DNA of 64,000 nt, taken from contig OY762654.1 of the NCBI GenBank assembly GCA_963666205.1, positions 704,001-768,000 on the forward strand, read 5' to 3'. The stretch is from Synergistales bacterium (lineage in GTDB: Bacteria > Synergistota > Synergistia > Synergistales > JAFGMB01). The translations under genes were made by a program, and so were the position numbers. This document shows positions 20,453 to 30,179 of this stretch, piece by piece (position 1 is the stretch's first letter; every line of letters begins with the position of its first letter). The notes under the pieces are model-generated. The model was not told where the DNA came from and ran no database searches. It worked only from the letters and a program-made list of their open reading frames with translations.

Positions 20453-20501
20453 AAAATAACTCAAGAGCAATCAAATGTCAAATAAAAATTAACATTTGAT
20501 T
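20453..20501 (-). promoter_or_regulatory. Putative sigma70 promoter overlapped by an inverted repeat
   Basis: Minus strand TTGACA (20481-20476)-N17-TATTTT. AATCAAATGT-N13-ACATTTGATT at 20469-20501. Confidence 0.55.
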
Positions 20502-20546
20502 AATAAATAGATTATTTTTTACTTTGTTTAGATATTAGTAAAATCA

Positions 20547-21260
20547 CTAAAACGTATTCACGTGAAGGCTTATCTTACCAGTACACCTACTCATATCCCT
20601 AGTCCCTCCACCCCTTGCGACTATCCTGGCAAGCTCCTGGACATCATTAATTGATCTTCCCAATACATATTCGATGGAAGAACCTTTGTAGACAGCAACC
20701 GAAAGAGGAGCAGAAGGCCCGACCAGCCAACATCTGCATGCCGAATCAGCAAGACTCTGCCAGGTTCCATTGACAACTGAACTTGCGCTGAGAATCAGAA
20801 GATCACTCTTCGAGGCCATCCGGCACCCCATATCAAGAGGCAGGCTTTCTCCATAATGGTCATCAATTACATGAGGTGTTATCCCTGACTTCACAATAGC
20901 CTTGTAAAGAGGCTCAATAAAACCTACCATTAATACTTTTTTACAATTTCCGAGGGACGGAATAATTTCCGAGACTTTTCCCTGAACACCAAGAATAGCA
21001 TTAACAACTGCCACAGCAGCGCAACGGTCACCGGGGTATGAAGAACCTGAAAGGTCAAGAAAGGAATTTACTGGAAGGGGAAGCTTAGAAAGAAAACTAA
21101 AAAGTTTTTCATTTCTGCTAACCTTTTCAGGAAAGGAAAAGGCAAGTCCTGCAGAATCATCATCCAGTACAGCCAGAGAGTACCGGATCCCTCTTATGAA
21201 CCTTTTTAACGATCTACCCTGAGCTTTTTCTCTTGCAAAAGAGAATAATTTTTCTTCCAT
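20547..21260 (-). CDS. DUF364/DUF4213-type Rossmann-like protein
   Basis: AVAVVNA, KVLMVG.I.P, SASSVVNGT, LVGPSAP, GG. Confidence 0.7.
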   Translation of the reverse strand: MEEKLFSFAREKAQGRSLKRFIRGIRYSLAVLDDDSAGLAFSFPEKVSRNEKLFSFLSKLPLPVNSFLDLSGSSYPGDRCAAVAVVNAILGVQGKVSEIIPSLGNCKKVLMVGFIEPLYKAIVKSGITPHVIDDHYGESLPLDMGCRMASKSDLLILSASSVVNGTWQSLADSACRCWLVGPSAPLSVAVYKGSSIEYVLGRSINDVQELARIVARGGGTRDMSRCTGKISLHVNTF

Positions 21261-21355
21261 CTAATATCTCAATCTCCTTTCACATAAGAAAAGACTTTTC
21301 TTTTCAATCTAAGACTATTATATTAGATAAATAACAAAATGAAGGAGGTGGTGTT

Positions 21356-21868
21356 ATGTCAACTAATATAGCGGTTCTTGTTGAAAAGGATTTTCACGAT
21401 CTTGAGTTCTGGTACCCCTACCTGCGTCTTGTCGAAGAGGGCCTTGACCCGGTGGTAGTAGCCCCTGTCGCACCTAGAGCCTACGTCGGGAAATATGGAA
21501 CCCAGATAGAAGCCAACTACACTCCAGCCAGTCTGGAAATGGATAATATTTCAGGGGTTGTTATCCCTGGAGGATGGGCTCCGGACAGACTCAGGATCTC
21601 TCCTGAAATAGTGCAGTTCGTAAGGGATGTCTATAACAAGGGAGGCGTTATCGCAGGAATATGTCACGCAGGCAGTCTGCTTGTTTCTGCCGGTATAATC
21701 AAAGGTAAACAGGTTACATCCTACTCAAGTATCAGGGACGATATGGTAATTGCAGGTGCTGAATGGTTAGATGAAGAGGTAGTTGTATGCGATAGGATAG
21801 TAACAAGCAGACGTCCGACTGATCTGCCATTTTTCATGAAGGCCCTGCTTAAGGAAATAAGAAAATGA
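21356..21868 (+). CDS. PfpI/DJ-1 family protein
   Basis: F.DLE..YP, IPGGWAPD.LR, ICHAG nucleophile, TSR.P.DLP.F. Confidence 0.92.
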   Translation: MSTNIAVLVEKDFHDLEFWYPYLRLVEEGLDPVVVAPVAPRAYVGKYGTQIEANYTPASLEMDNISGVVIPGGWAPDRLRISPEIVQFVRDVYNKGGVIAGICHAGSLLVSAGIIKGKQVTSYSSIRDDMVIAGAEWLDEEVVVCDRIVTSRRPTDLPFFMKALLKEIRK

Positions 21869-21898
21869 AAGGAGCCCGCACTTTCCTGCGGGCTCCTT
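21869..21898. terminator. Hairpin between convergent pfpI-like and fadL-like genes
   Basis: AAGGAGCCCGCA-N6-TGCGGGCTCCTT. Confidence 0.75.
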
Positions 21899-21904
21899 GA
21901 GTCT

Positions 21905-23155
21905 CTAGAACCTGTAACTGACAGAGATACCGAACATGTGAGTATCTGCATTAGTAATATCAGAATCAAAAACCCCTTCACCTGAACGACCTTCTATATG
22001 CCTCTCCTTGATATCAAGATAGGCATACGAAAGGTCATATATCCACTTGTCCCTGGTAAATCCGTAACCAATGCTGTAGATCTGACGCCCATTGGCAGGA
22101 ACTATATAGTCTACTGTCTCATCAGGGACAGGGCTATCATCATAGACATAACCAAACCTGAGCCAGGAATTTTCCGAGAGGGCATGTTCGATCCCTAACT
22201 GATAACGCCAGACATCATCCCAGTTTTTGGGAGTTGAAGTAACGTCAGAATCGGGGCCATAGAGGTCCATACCGTAATTGATGGTCAATTTATCGTAACT
22301 ACTCCATCTCGTGTATATGGCATCAGCTTCAATCGATGTTTTTTCAGTTGCCTGGAAAGCTATTCCAGCGCTGAAAGATTCGGGAAGAGTCACTTTCCCT
22401 GCTCCGGTCGTATCCGGGAAAAGATACGCCGGGGTATCTGAAGGTACGGTAAAATCAGCGTTACCCTCTATGTTCTGTTCTATCTCGCTCCTGTAGAAGA
22501 AGCCCATTCTGATACGATCAGCAGGTTTAAAGTGCATGGCAAAATTCCAGCCCCAGCCGATATCATCTCCCTTGAGCTGGGCATCGATATCCGAAGGGAG
22601 AGAAAAAAGAGCTCCAGGAATCTTTTTTTTCTGCTCGAACTCAAACCACATGACCTCCATTCCTGCGGCTATAGCGAATTTTTCCGAAAGCTTTACAGCA
22701 AGGGTAGGGGTTAGGGAGAAACTCTGGATACAGCCATAATAATTATTATATTTTCCCGGCCAATCCTGATCGAATTCGGATCCCAGACCAAAACGTGATG
22801 TCGCAGATATACCGAACCAGTATTTCTCATTAAGCTGTTTTGTATAGTAGAAGTGAGGAGGAATCCAGATCTTATCCACATTGGAAAAACTCTGACCCAA
22901 ATCATTGAATCCTACATTCAGACTTGGCTTAATAGCGGTAAGACCGAACATTATGTTTTCACCCTCAAGCTGGGTGATACCAGCAGGATTATACACCAGA
23001 GCAGAAGGATCATCTGCTCTTCCCACCAGTGTTCCTCCCAGGGCATTTCCTCTGGAACTGAATTCATAAAGGGCAAAACCTGCCGCAAAAGAAGAACCAG
23101 CAACGCAAAGAATCAAAAATATCGAAAGAAAAATAGCACGAATAAACTCTCTCAA
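21905..23155 (-). CDS. OmpP1/FadL family outer-membrane hydrophobic-compound transporter
   Basis: Signal peptide then AGF.L.E.S, NPAG, FGL, W.D.WRY..G, C-terminal YRF. Confidence 0.9.
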   Translation of the reverse strand: MREFIRAIFLSIFLILCVAGSSFAAGFALYEFSSRGNALGGTLVGRADDPSALVYNPAGITQLEGENIMFGLTAIKPSLNVGFNDLGQSFSNVDKIWIPPHFYYTKQLNEKYWFGISATSRFGLGSEFDQDWPGKYNNYYGCIQSFSLTPTLAVKLSEKFAIAAGMEVMWFEFEQKKKIPGALFSLPSDIDAQLKGDDIGWGWNFAMHFKPADRIRMGFFYRSEIEQNIEGNADFTVPSDTPAYLFPDTTGAGKVTLPESFSAGIAFQATEKTSIEADAIYTRWSSYDKLTINYGMDLYGPDSDVTSTPKNWDDVWRYQLGIEHALSENSWLRFGYVYDDSPVPDETVDYIVPANGRQIYSIGYGFTRDKWIYDLSYAYLDIKERHIEGRSGEGVFDSDITNADTHMFGISVSYRF

Positions 23156-23213
23156 ATCATAAGACCTCCCAGGTAGAAATAGAATGTAAAGAACAAAACT
23201 CTAGACTTCTTTA

Positions 23214-23840
23214 TTAACTATCTTCATACTGATGAAGACTGAAGAGGCTTCTGACGAGAAGTTCCAGGGCCTTCTCTATACGTTTCCAGTCTTCATCTGA
23301 ATTCAGATCTATTCCAAGGTAAGTACCTGAAGTTTTAGCCCTCAGGAGAAGATAGGTAAAACCCGCAGAAAGTATTGCGGCAACAGCTGGAATATCAAGG
23401 TCTCTGGAAAGGTCTCTACCGATGCTCAACATCTCAATTAGCTGTTTACCCTGTCTTTCCCGTATTTCCGCTGTTTCAGCAGACAGATCATTTTTACCTG
23501 CGAGTTCCCCTCGTAGCAGTTCCTGGGCCATATTTCGTTTTTTTAACTCCCTCAGATATCCATTCAGCAGAGCCAGTGAAGAATCTGCCATAGATCCTTC
23601 AGAAAGTTCCAGTTCTCCGGGAGCTATATCTGCAAGGGATGGCCAGAAATCCCCCTGTTCAGCAAATTCATGAAGCAATTCGGGCAATCCCCCGAAGTAG
23701 CGATAGATCAGGACCTTATCTATACCTGCTTCTCTGGCAATATTATTGATACCGATGTTATTAAAACCCTTCCTTTCCAGTATTGAACCCACTGCCTTCA
23801 GAATTCGTTTTTTAGTCTCTTCCCTATCTCGAATTTTCAA
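23214..23840 (-). CDS. TetR/AcrR family regulator
   Basis: HTH GINNIAREAGIDKVLIYRYFGG. Start uncertain: TTG at 23840, or ATT at 23834 which is 8 nt after GGAGG. Confidence 0.88.
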   Translation of the reverse strand: MKIRDREETKKRILKAVGSILERKGFNNIGINNIAREAGIDKVLIYRYFGGLPELLHEFAEQGDFWPSLADIAPGELELSEGSMADSSLALLNGYLRELKKRNMAQELLRGELAGKNDLSAETAEIRERQGKQLIEMLSIGRDLSRDLDIPAVAAILSAGFTYLLLRAKTSGTYLGIDLNSDEDWKRIEKALELLVRSLFSLHQYEDS

Positions 23841-23847
23841 CACCTCC

Positions 23848-23902
23848 GTCACCCTGAAGTGACAACTTACCCACTTTAAGTCACTCTGGAGTGACATGTC
23901 AA
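23848..23902 (-). promoter_or_regulatory. tetR promoter with two GTCAC-N6-GTGAC palindromes
   Basis: Minus strand TTGACA at 23902-23897. Palindromes at 23880-23895 and 23848-23863. Confidence 0.7.
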
Positions 23903-24125
23903 GAATAATTTTCCCTTAACATGAAAACAATACATTTCCATGTTAATATATTTTCCAGTTCCACCGAGTGAATGTTCTCTAAAGTGTCAGAATTTTCTTG
24001 CTTGACTTTGTGGTATCGGTTTATTTCCATTTTTCCAAGAAATGGGATAAATTATATTGTTGTGTGTTCAAAGATCGAAACGTAGTACGTACAGATCTCG
24101 TTATTTTCAGGAGGAGGGCAACTCA

Positions 24126-24956
24126 ATGCAGGGAGGCAAAGAAAAAGATCTCGAAAGTATCGCAAATAATATTCGCCAGGACATCATAAGGATGATAACA
24201 GAGGCACGTTCAGGCCATCCCGGAGGGTCCTTATCGGCAGCAGATATCGTAACTGCCCTTTACTTCAGGGTTATGAAGCATGATCCTTCAAACCCCTGCT
24301 GGGATGGAAGGGACAGATTCATCCTCTCAAAAGGACACGCATGTCCAGTTATTTATGCAGCCCTTGCTGAAGCCGGCTATTTCCCCAAAGAGGAGCTGTT
24401 GACCCTCAGAAAGATAGGCTCAAGACTCCAGGGACATCCAGACAAATGCAAGCTTCCCGGATTTGAGGCCTCTACCGGCAGCCTGGGACAGGGGCTTTCA
24501 ATAGCTGCAGGTATGGCTCTGGGTCTCAAAATGGACGGCAAAACAAACAAAGTATACTGTCTTATGGGAGATGGTGAACTCGATGAAGGGCAGATATGGG
24601 AAGCTGCTATGACTGCCTCACATTACAAACTTGACAATCTCTGCGGTATTGTTGACAGAAACGGCCTTCAGATAGACGGATGTACTGCGGAAGTCAAAGA
24701 TATTGAACCCCTTGCTGAAAAATGGAAGGCGTTCGGCTGGAATGTTCTGGAAGTGGACGGTCATGATATTGAAGATATTGTCAAAAGTCTTAAACGTTTC
24801 AACCATACCCACTTCAGACCAACTGTTATCATTGCACATACAGTAAAAGGCAAGGGGGTCTCCTTCATGGCCGACCAGGCCGGCTGGCATGGCAAAGCTC
24901 CCAGTCCCGAACAGGCAGAACATGCCCTTAATGAACTTTCCACAGAGGTGATGTAG
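24126..24956 (+). CDS. Transketolase, N-terminal subunit
   Basis: SGHPGGSLS, RDRFILSKGH, STGSLGQG, GDGELDEGQ.WEA. ATG at 24126 follows AGGAGG. Confidence 0.93.
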   Translation: MQGGKEKDLESIANNIRQDIIRMITEARSGHPGGSLSAADIVTALYFRVMKHDPSNPCWDGRDRFILSKGHACPVIYAALAEAGYFPKEELLTLRKIGSRLQGHPDKCKLPGFEASTGSLGQGLSIAAGMALGLKMDGKTNKVYCLMGDGELDEGQIWEAAMTASHYKLDNLCGIVDRNGLQIDGCTAEVKDIEPLAEKWKAFGWNVLEVDGHDIEDIVKSLKRFNHTHFRPTVIIAHTVKGKGVSFMADQAGWHGKAPSPEQAEHALNELSTEVM

Positions 24957-25937
24957 ATGAAAGACTTAAAACTTTCAAACAATATTCTTGGTGATGTAGA
25001 AATGATACCCACCAGGTTCGGTTACGGTGACGGATTGGTAGCCCTCGGCAAGCAGAATTCTGACGTTGTAGTTCTTGGAGCAGATCTTACGTCATCCCTA
25101 TGTGCAGACAGATTCCAGAAAGCCTTTCCTGATCGATTCATTCAGATCGGTATCGCTGAACAGGATATGATGGGAGTTGCATCGGGTCTGTCAATCGTCG
25201 GAAAGATCCCCTTTGTCAGCACCTATGGAGTTTTCTGCACCGGGAGAGCATGGGATCAGTTGCGTACCACAGTGGCATATGCAAAGCTCAATGTAAAGGT
25301 TGGATCAGGCCATGGTGGTATATCTGTCGGTCCTGACGGGGCAACACACCAGGCTCTCGAGGATATAGCCATCACAAGAACTATACCCAATATGACAGTT
25401 ATAGTCCCCGCTGACTACCATGAAACTTTTAAAGCCACCATCGCTGCTGCTAACATGGATGGGCCGGTGATGATACGCTTTGGAAGAGAAAAGGTGCCCG
25501 TAATAACCACTTCTGAAACGCCCTTCGAGATCGGGAAAGCCGATATCTACCGGGATGGCAGTGATGTCTCAGTTATAGCTTGCGGCGTTATGGTCTATCA
25601 GGCCCTTGTAGCTGCGGAGAAACTGGCCAACGAGGGTATATCCGTACAGGTAATCAATTGTCACACAGTAAAACCCATAGATATGGAAACCATTATCGGT
25701 GCTGCTGCTCTGACCGGTGCAGTTGTTACAGCGGAAGAACACCAGGTAATGGGCGGTTTCGGAAGTGCAGTGGCCGAAGTTTTATGCCAGAACTGCCCTG
25801 TACCGATGAAAATGGTCGGGATACAGGACAGTTTTGGAGAATCCGGACAACCCGATGACCTGATGAGGAAATTCAACCTTCTCGATACAGATATCATAAA
25901 GGCTGTCAGAGAAGTCCTGAGAAAGAAAAGCAGGTGA
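24957..25937 (+). CDS. Transketolase, C-terminal subunit
   Basis: GIAEQ.M, DGATHQ.LED, TAEEH..MGG.GSAVAE, D.FGESG. Confidence 0.93.
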   Translation: MKDLKLSNNILGDVEMIPTRFGYGDGLVALGKQNSDVVVLGADLTSSLCADRFQKAFPDRFIQIGIAEQDMMGVASGLSIVGKIPFVSTYGVFCTGRAWDQLRTTVAYAKLNVKVGSGHGGISVGPDGATHQALEDIAITRTIPNMTVIVPADYHETFKATIAAANMDGPVMIRFGREKVPVITTSETPFEIGKADIYRDGSDVSVIACGVMVYQALVAAEKLANEGISVQVINCHTVKPIDMETIIGAAALTGAVVTAEEHQVMGGFGSAVAEVLCQNCPVPMKMVGIQDSFGESGQPDDLMRKFNLLDTDIIKAVREVLRKKSR

Positions 25938-27160
25938 ATCAGATGGTAGACTTTGCTGACAGGATCAGCCGTTTGGGAACTGAGACAGCTTTTGCTGTAG
26001 GTGCGGAGGCAAAACAACTTGCCGACAGGGGATTCAAAGTTTATCCATTCCATCTGGGAGACCTCGATATTGCAACTCCGGAATATGTAGTGGAAGCTGC
26101 TGTTAAAGCTATGAAGGATGGCAAGACAGGTTATTGCGCAACTCCAGGTATTGCTCCCCTCAGGGAGGCTCTGGCAGATGATGTAGGTAAAGCAAGAGAG
26201 CTAAAGCTGGACATGGAAAACGTAAGTATACAGACCGGGGGAAAACCTGTAATAGGGAAATTCATCATGTCTCTCATGAACCCGGGAGATGAAGTCCTTT
26301 ACCCTAATCCGGGATATCCCATCTATGAATCTTTGATCAGATTTCACGGTGGAGTAGCAAAACCATATGGTTTTATAGAGAACGACCTTGGATTTGCTCT
26401 GGATTTTGACAGTATCGAAAGTCAGATAACCCCTAAAACAAAGATCTTTATTTATAACAACTACCATAACCCTACAAGCGCCGAATCAGATCCAGCTGAG
26501 ATGCAAAGACTGGCAGAATTATGCATAAGACATGATCTTTACGTTCTGAGTGATGAGGCATATTTCGATATCCTTTATGAAGGACAGGGTCAGAGCATAG
26601 CAAGCCTTCCGGGAATGTTTGATCGAACTGTTATTCTTTACACATTTTCGAAAAAATTCGCCATGACCGGGTGGCGCCTTGGTGCTGCTATAGGCCCCAA
26701 AGAAATAATATCCATAATTTCCAAACTTAACATAAATGATGAATCATGCTCAAATCATTTTGTCCAGTGGGCGGCAGTGGAAGCCCTTAAAGCTCCCGGG
26801 GATAACTACAACAGAATGCTGGCGGTTCTCAGGGAACGCAGGGATGTGGCTGTTGATATTCTCAACTCCATGGAGGGAATAAAGGTTCACCGGCCCAACA
26901 GCACTTTTTACCTTTTCCCGAACGTTACCTCTGCCATGAAACAACTGGACATCAAAGGAGTAGAGGAATTCAGAAAGGTCATCCTTGACAAAACAGGAGT
27001 TTCTTTTACCACTAGAGATCATTTTGGCACTCCCCTACCCTCTGAAACCCAGAAATATATAAGACTTGCCTATTCCGGGATCACAAAAGAAGACATCCTC
27101 GAAGGCCTTGGTTTGATGAAGGAATTTCTGGCATCTTCATCGCCCTGTAAAGCACTCTAG
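25934..27160 (+). CDS. Aspartate-aminotransferase-like PLP enzyme (class I)
   Basis: PNPGYPIY, NPT, SDEAY, FSKKFAMTGWRLG. Confidence 0.9.
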   Translation: MNQMVDFADRISRLGTETAFAVGAEAKQLADRGFKVYPFHLGDLDIATPEYVVEAAVKAMKDGKTGYCATPGIAPLREALADDVGKARELKLDMENVSIQTGGKPVIGKFIMSLMNPGDEVLYPNPGYPIYESLIRFHGGVAKPYGFIENDLGFALDFDSIESQITPKTKIFIYNNYHNPTSAESDPAEMQRLAELCIRHDLYVLSDEAYFDILYEGQGQSIASLPGMFDRTVILYTFSKKFAMTGWRLGAAIGPKEIISIISKLNINDESCSNHFVQWAAVEALKAPGDNYNRMLAVLRERRDVAVDILNSMEGIKVHRPNSTFYLFPNVTSAMKQLDIKGVEEFRKVILDKTGVSFTTRDHFGTPLPSETQKYIRLAYSGITKEDILEGLGLMKEFLASSSPCKAL

Positions 27161-27175
27161 ATATCCCTGCATCAT

Positions 27176-27220
27176 AAAAGCGGGTGTTGGAGCATGTAAT
27201 AGCTCCAACACCCGCTTTTT
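27176..27220 (+). terminator. Intrinsic terminator
   Basis: AAAAGCGGGTGTTGGAGC-N8-GCTCCAACACCCGCTTTTT. Confidence 0.85.
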
Positions 27221-27290
27221 ATCCATTCCCAAAATCTTCTGTAAAAACATAAAGATTTACTATATAAAGGATTATTAAGACATCTTTATA

Positions 27291-27338
27291 GTTTTACATG
27301 TAGCGTCCTGGAGATCAGATTTATGCTATATGTAGTGG
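27291..27338 (+). promoter_or_regulatory. Tandem NrdR-box-like sites
   Basis: GTTTTACATGTAGCGT (27291) and ATGCTATATGTAGTGG (27323), 32 bp apart, upstream of nrdD. Confidence 0.6.
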
Positions 27339-27417
27339 TAAAATAGTTTGGCTACCCTTAAATACATCAACTTCGAAGTGCAGAACTATGAAAGAATATG
27401 TACAGGGAGGAACACTC

Positions 27418-29457
27418 ATGTCTATTCGATATATAGAAAAACGTGACGGATCAAAGGATATATTCGATAGTAAAAAGATCAGGTATGCGGTTATCAAGGC
27501 AACGAAGGCAGTTGAAAGGAATGAACCTGATACGATAGCCGATGAGATAACTCTCGAAGTGGTGTCTTATCTTAATATTTTTTTTAACAAGGAAGGGATA
27601 CCCACAGTCGAACAGGTTCAGGACCTTGTGGAAAAAATACTTATAGAAAAAGGTTATGCTGATATAGCCAAAGCATACATCCTCTATCGCGAACAACACG
27701 CAAAACTCAGGGATACCCGTGAACTCCTGGGCAACGCAGCCCAGATGGTTAATAAATACCTTGAGAAGATAGACTGGAAGGTCAATGAGAACAGTAACAT
27801 GAGTTACTCCCTGCAGGGACTGAATAACTATATTGCGTCAGAAGTAACTGCACAATACTGGCTAAATGAAATATATCCTCCACAGATACGGGAAAATCAT
27901 ATTGGAGGAGATTTTCATATTCATGACTTGAATAACCTGTCTGTATACTGCTGCGGATGGGATCTGCAGGATCTCCTTCTGAGCGGATTTACGGGTGTAC
28001 ATACTAAAATCGGCAGTAAACCGGCAAAACATTTCAGGACTGCACTCGGACAGATCGTGAATTTCTTTTATACCATGCAGGGAGAATCTGCAGGAGCCCA
28101 GGCTTTCTCAAATTTTGACACGTACCTGGCACCTTTTATCTATTATGATGAACTAAGCTACAGAGAAGTCAAACAGGCTATGCAGGAATTTGTTTTCAAT
28201 CTGAATGTTCCCACCAGAGTAGGTTTTCAGACCCCATTTACCAATATAACAATGGACCTGATCCCGCCATCTTCCATAAAATCACTTCCGGCAATAATAG
28301 GCGGCAAGTTTCAGGAAAAGTCCCTTGGTGAATTCCAGACAGAGATGGACATGCTGAACCGGGCTTTTGCCGAAATAATGCTTGAGGGAGATGCTTCGAA
28401 CAAAGTATTTCCCTTTCCCATACCCACCTATAATATTACCTCGGATTTCTGCTGGGATAACGAGATACTGGAACCAGTATGGGAAATGACATCAAAATAC
28501 GGCATTCCCTATTTCTCCAACTTTGTGAACTCCGATATGGATCCGGACGATGCCAGAAGTATGTGCTGCAGACTCAGGCTGGATAACCGGGAATTGAGGA
28601 AACGTGGCGGTGGTCTTTTTGGATCCAATCCCATGACTGGCTCCATTGGAGTAGTGACCCTTAACATGCCCCGAATCGGTTATCTTTCAGGGGATGAAAA
28701 TGATTTTCTTCGAAGGACTTTCGACCTCATGGATATAGCAAGGGAAAGCCTGGAGATAAAGCGCAAGATCCTTGAAAGATTTACAACACATAATCTTTAT
28801 CCTTACTCAAAGTTCTATCTTCGTAACATTAAAGAATCTTCCGGGAAGTTCTGGAACAACCATTTCAATACTATCGGCCTTAATGGAATGAATGAAGCCG
28901 CCATCAATTTCATGGGGAAAGACCTTTCTTCCACCGAAGGAATTGCTTTCTGTACAAGGGTCATGGAGGCAATGAAGGAAAGGATGATCCAGTTCCAGGA
29001 AGAGACTGGCAACCTTTATAATCTGGAGGCAACCCCTGCAGAAGGAGCAACCTACAGATTTGCAAAAACAGATAAGGAAAGGTTCGGAAACAGTATCATC
29101 TGCGCCAACGAAAAGAACTACAGGGAGTATGGTGCAGATCCCTATTATACGAACTCATCCCAGTTACCGGTTGGCTATACTGATGATATCTTTGAAGCTC
29201 TTTCGCTACAGGATGATCTGCAGACTTTATATACTGGAGGGACCGTTTTCCATGGATTTCTTGGAGAAAGCATGCCCTCCGGTAAAAGCACAAAACTTCT
29301 TGTACGTCGAATTGCTGAAAATTTCAGGCTTCCCTACTATACTATTACCCCTACTTTCAGTATTTGTCCCATTCATGGATATATTCAGGGAGAGCACGAA
29401 TTCTGCCCTTACTGTGATCAGGAAATCGGATATTCCGCAGAGGAGATCATTTCTTGA
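27418..29457 (+). CDS. nrdD: Class III anaerobic ribonucleoside-triphosphate reductase with ATP cone, lacking the C-terminal glycyl-radical motif
   Basis: KRDG..VEQVQDLVE ATP cone, HIHDL, YCCGW, SMCCRL, EATPAEG, TPTFSIC..HG....EFCPYC, then a stop with no RxxGY. Confidence 0.93.
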   Translation: MSIRYIEKRDGSKDIFDSKKIRYAVIKATKAVERNEPDTIADEITLEVVSYLNIFFNKEGIPTVEQVQDLVEKILIEKGYADIAKAYILYREQHAKLRDTRELLGNAAQMVNKYLEKIDWKVNENSNMSYSLQGLNNYIASEVTAQYWLNEIYPPQIRENHIGGDFHIHDLNNLSVYCCGWDLQDLLLSGFTGVHTKIGSKPAKHFRTALGQIVNFFYTMQGESAGAQAFSNFDTYLAPFIYYDELSYREVKQAMQEFVFNLNVPTRVGFQTPFTNITMDLIPPSSIKSLPAIIGGKFQEKSLGEFQTEMDMLNRAFAEIMLEGDASNKVFPFPIPTYNITSDFCWDNEILEPVWEMTSKYGIPYFSNFVNSDMDPDDARSMCCRLRLDNRELRKRGGGLFGSNPMTGSIGVVTLNMPRIGYLSGDENDFLRRTFDLMDIARESLEIKRKILERFTTHNLYPYSKFYLRNIKESSGKFWNNHFNTIGLNGMNEAAINFMGKDLSSTEGIAFCTRVMEAMKERMIQFQEETGNLYNLEATPAEGATYRFAKTDKERFGNSIICANEKNYREYGADPYYTNSSQLPVGYTDDIFEALSLQDDLQTLYTGGTVFHGFLGESMPSGKSTKLLVRRIAENFRLPYYTITPTFSICPIHGYIQGEHEFCPYCDQEIGYSAEEIIS

Positions 29458-30149
29458 TTATAACTGGCATGCAGAAAGTTAGTCTCATTGATTATCCTGA
29501 ACATATTGCCTGCGTGATCTTTACAAGGGGGTGTAATCTCCGTTGTCCCTATTGTCACAACCCGGAGCTGGTGGATCCCGAAAGATACCCTGAAGAGAGT
29601 ATACCTGTTTCCGGTTTGTGGCAGTTTCTTGAAAACAGAAAGAGTTTTCTCGACGGAGTCTGCATTACAGGGGGGGAACCCACTCTCCAGGAAGACATTG
29701 AAGACTTTACAGCTAAAATACGATCAATGGGCTTTAAAATTAAACTGGACACCAATGGATCTAAACCGGATGTTCTGAAAAAACTCCTCAAGAAAAACCT
29801 TCTGGATTATGTAGCCATGGACATAAAAGTGCCTCTTGCAAGATATAAATCTGTTATGGGTTTTAAGGAAGACCCATCCTGTATAGGAGAAAGCATAGAT
29901 ATACTGGAAAATTCATACACCGTCCATGAGTTCAGGACTACAGTAGTTCCTGGAATCCACTCCTGTGAAGATATGGACATCATGGGAGATCTGGTCAAGG
30001 GAACGGATCTGTTTTTTATACAGAATTTCAGACCCAGTAAACATCTTCAACCCAGCATGGAGGGACTTAGCGGATTTCCAAAAGCAATGCTTGAGAGATT
30101 CAGGGATATCCTTGAAAAATATATAACGCATGTTTACATAAGGAACTAG
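29454..30149 (+). CDS. nrdG: Anaerobic RNR activating radical SAM enzyme
   Basis: GCNLRCPYCHN, ITGGEPT, KLDTNG, YVAMDIK, EFRTT. Confidence 0.93.
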   Translation: MIITGMQKVSLIDYPEHIACVIFTRGCNLRCPYCHNPELVDPERYPEESIPVSGLWQFLENRKSFLDGVCITGGEPTLQEDIEDFTAKIRSMGFKIKLDTNGSKPDVLKKLLKKNLLDYVAMDIKVPLARYKSVMGFKEDPSCIGESIDILENSYTVHEFRTTVVPGIHSCEDMDIMGDLVKGTDLFFIQNFRPSKHLQPSMEGLSGFPKAMLERFRDILEKYITHVYIRN

Positions 30150-30179
30150 ACCTTAATAATTGGACTTCAAAGGAGAGCG

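Noticed and set aside
24126-25937. Transketolase encoded as two genes
   Set aside because: Two-subunit transketolases are common in anaerobes; this is not a frameshift.
29400-29460. Frameshift or readthrough restoring a full-length NrdD
   Set aside because: nrdG starts at the nrdD stop and the Gly-radical segment lies about 720 nt downstream with its own SD.
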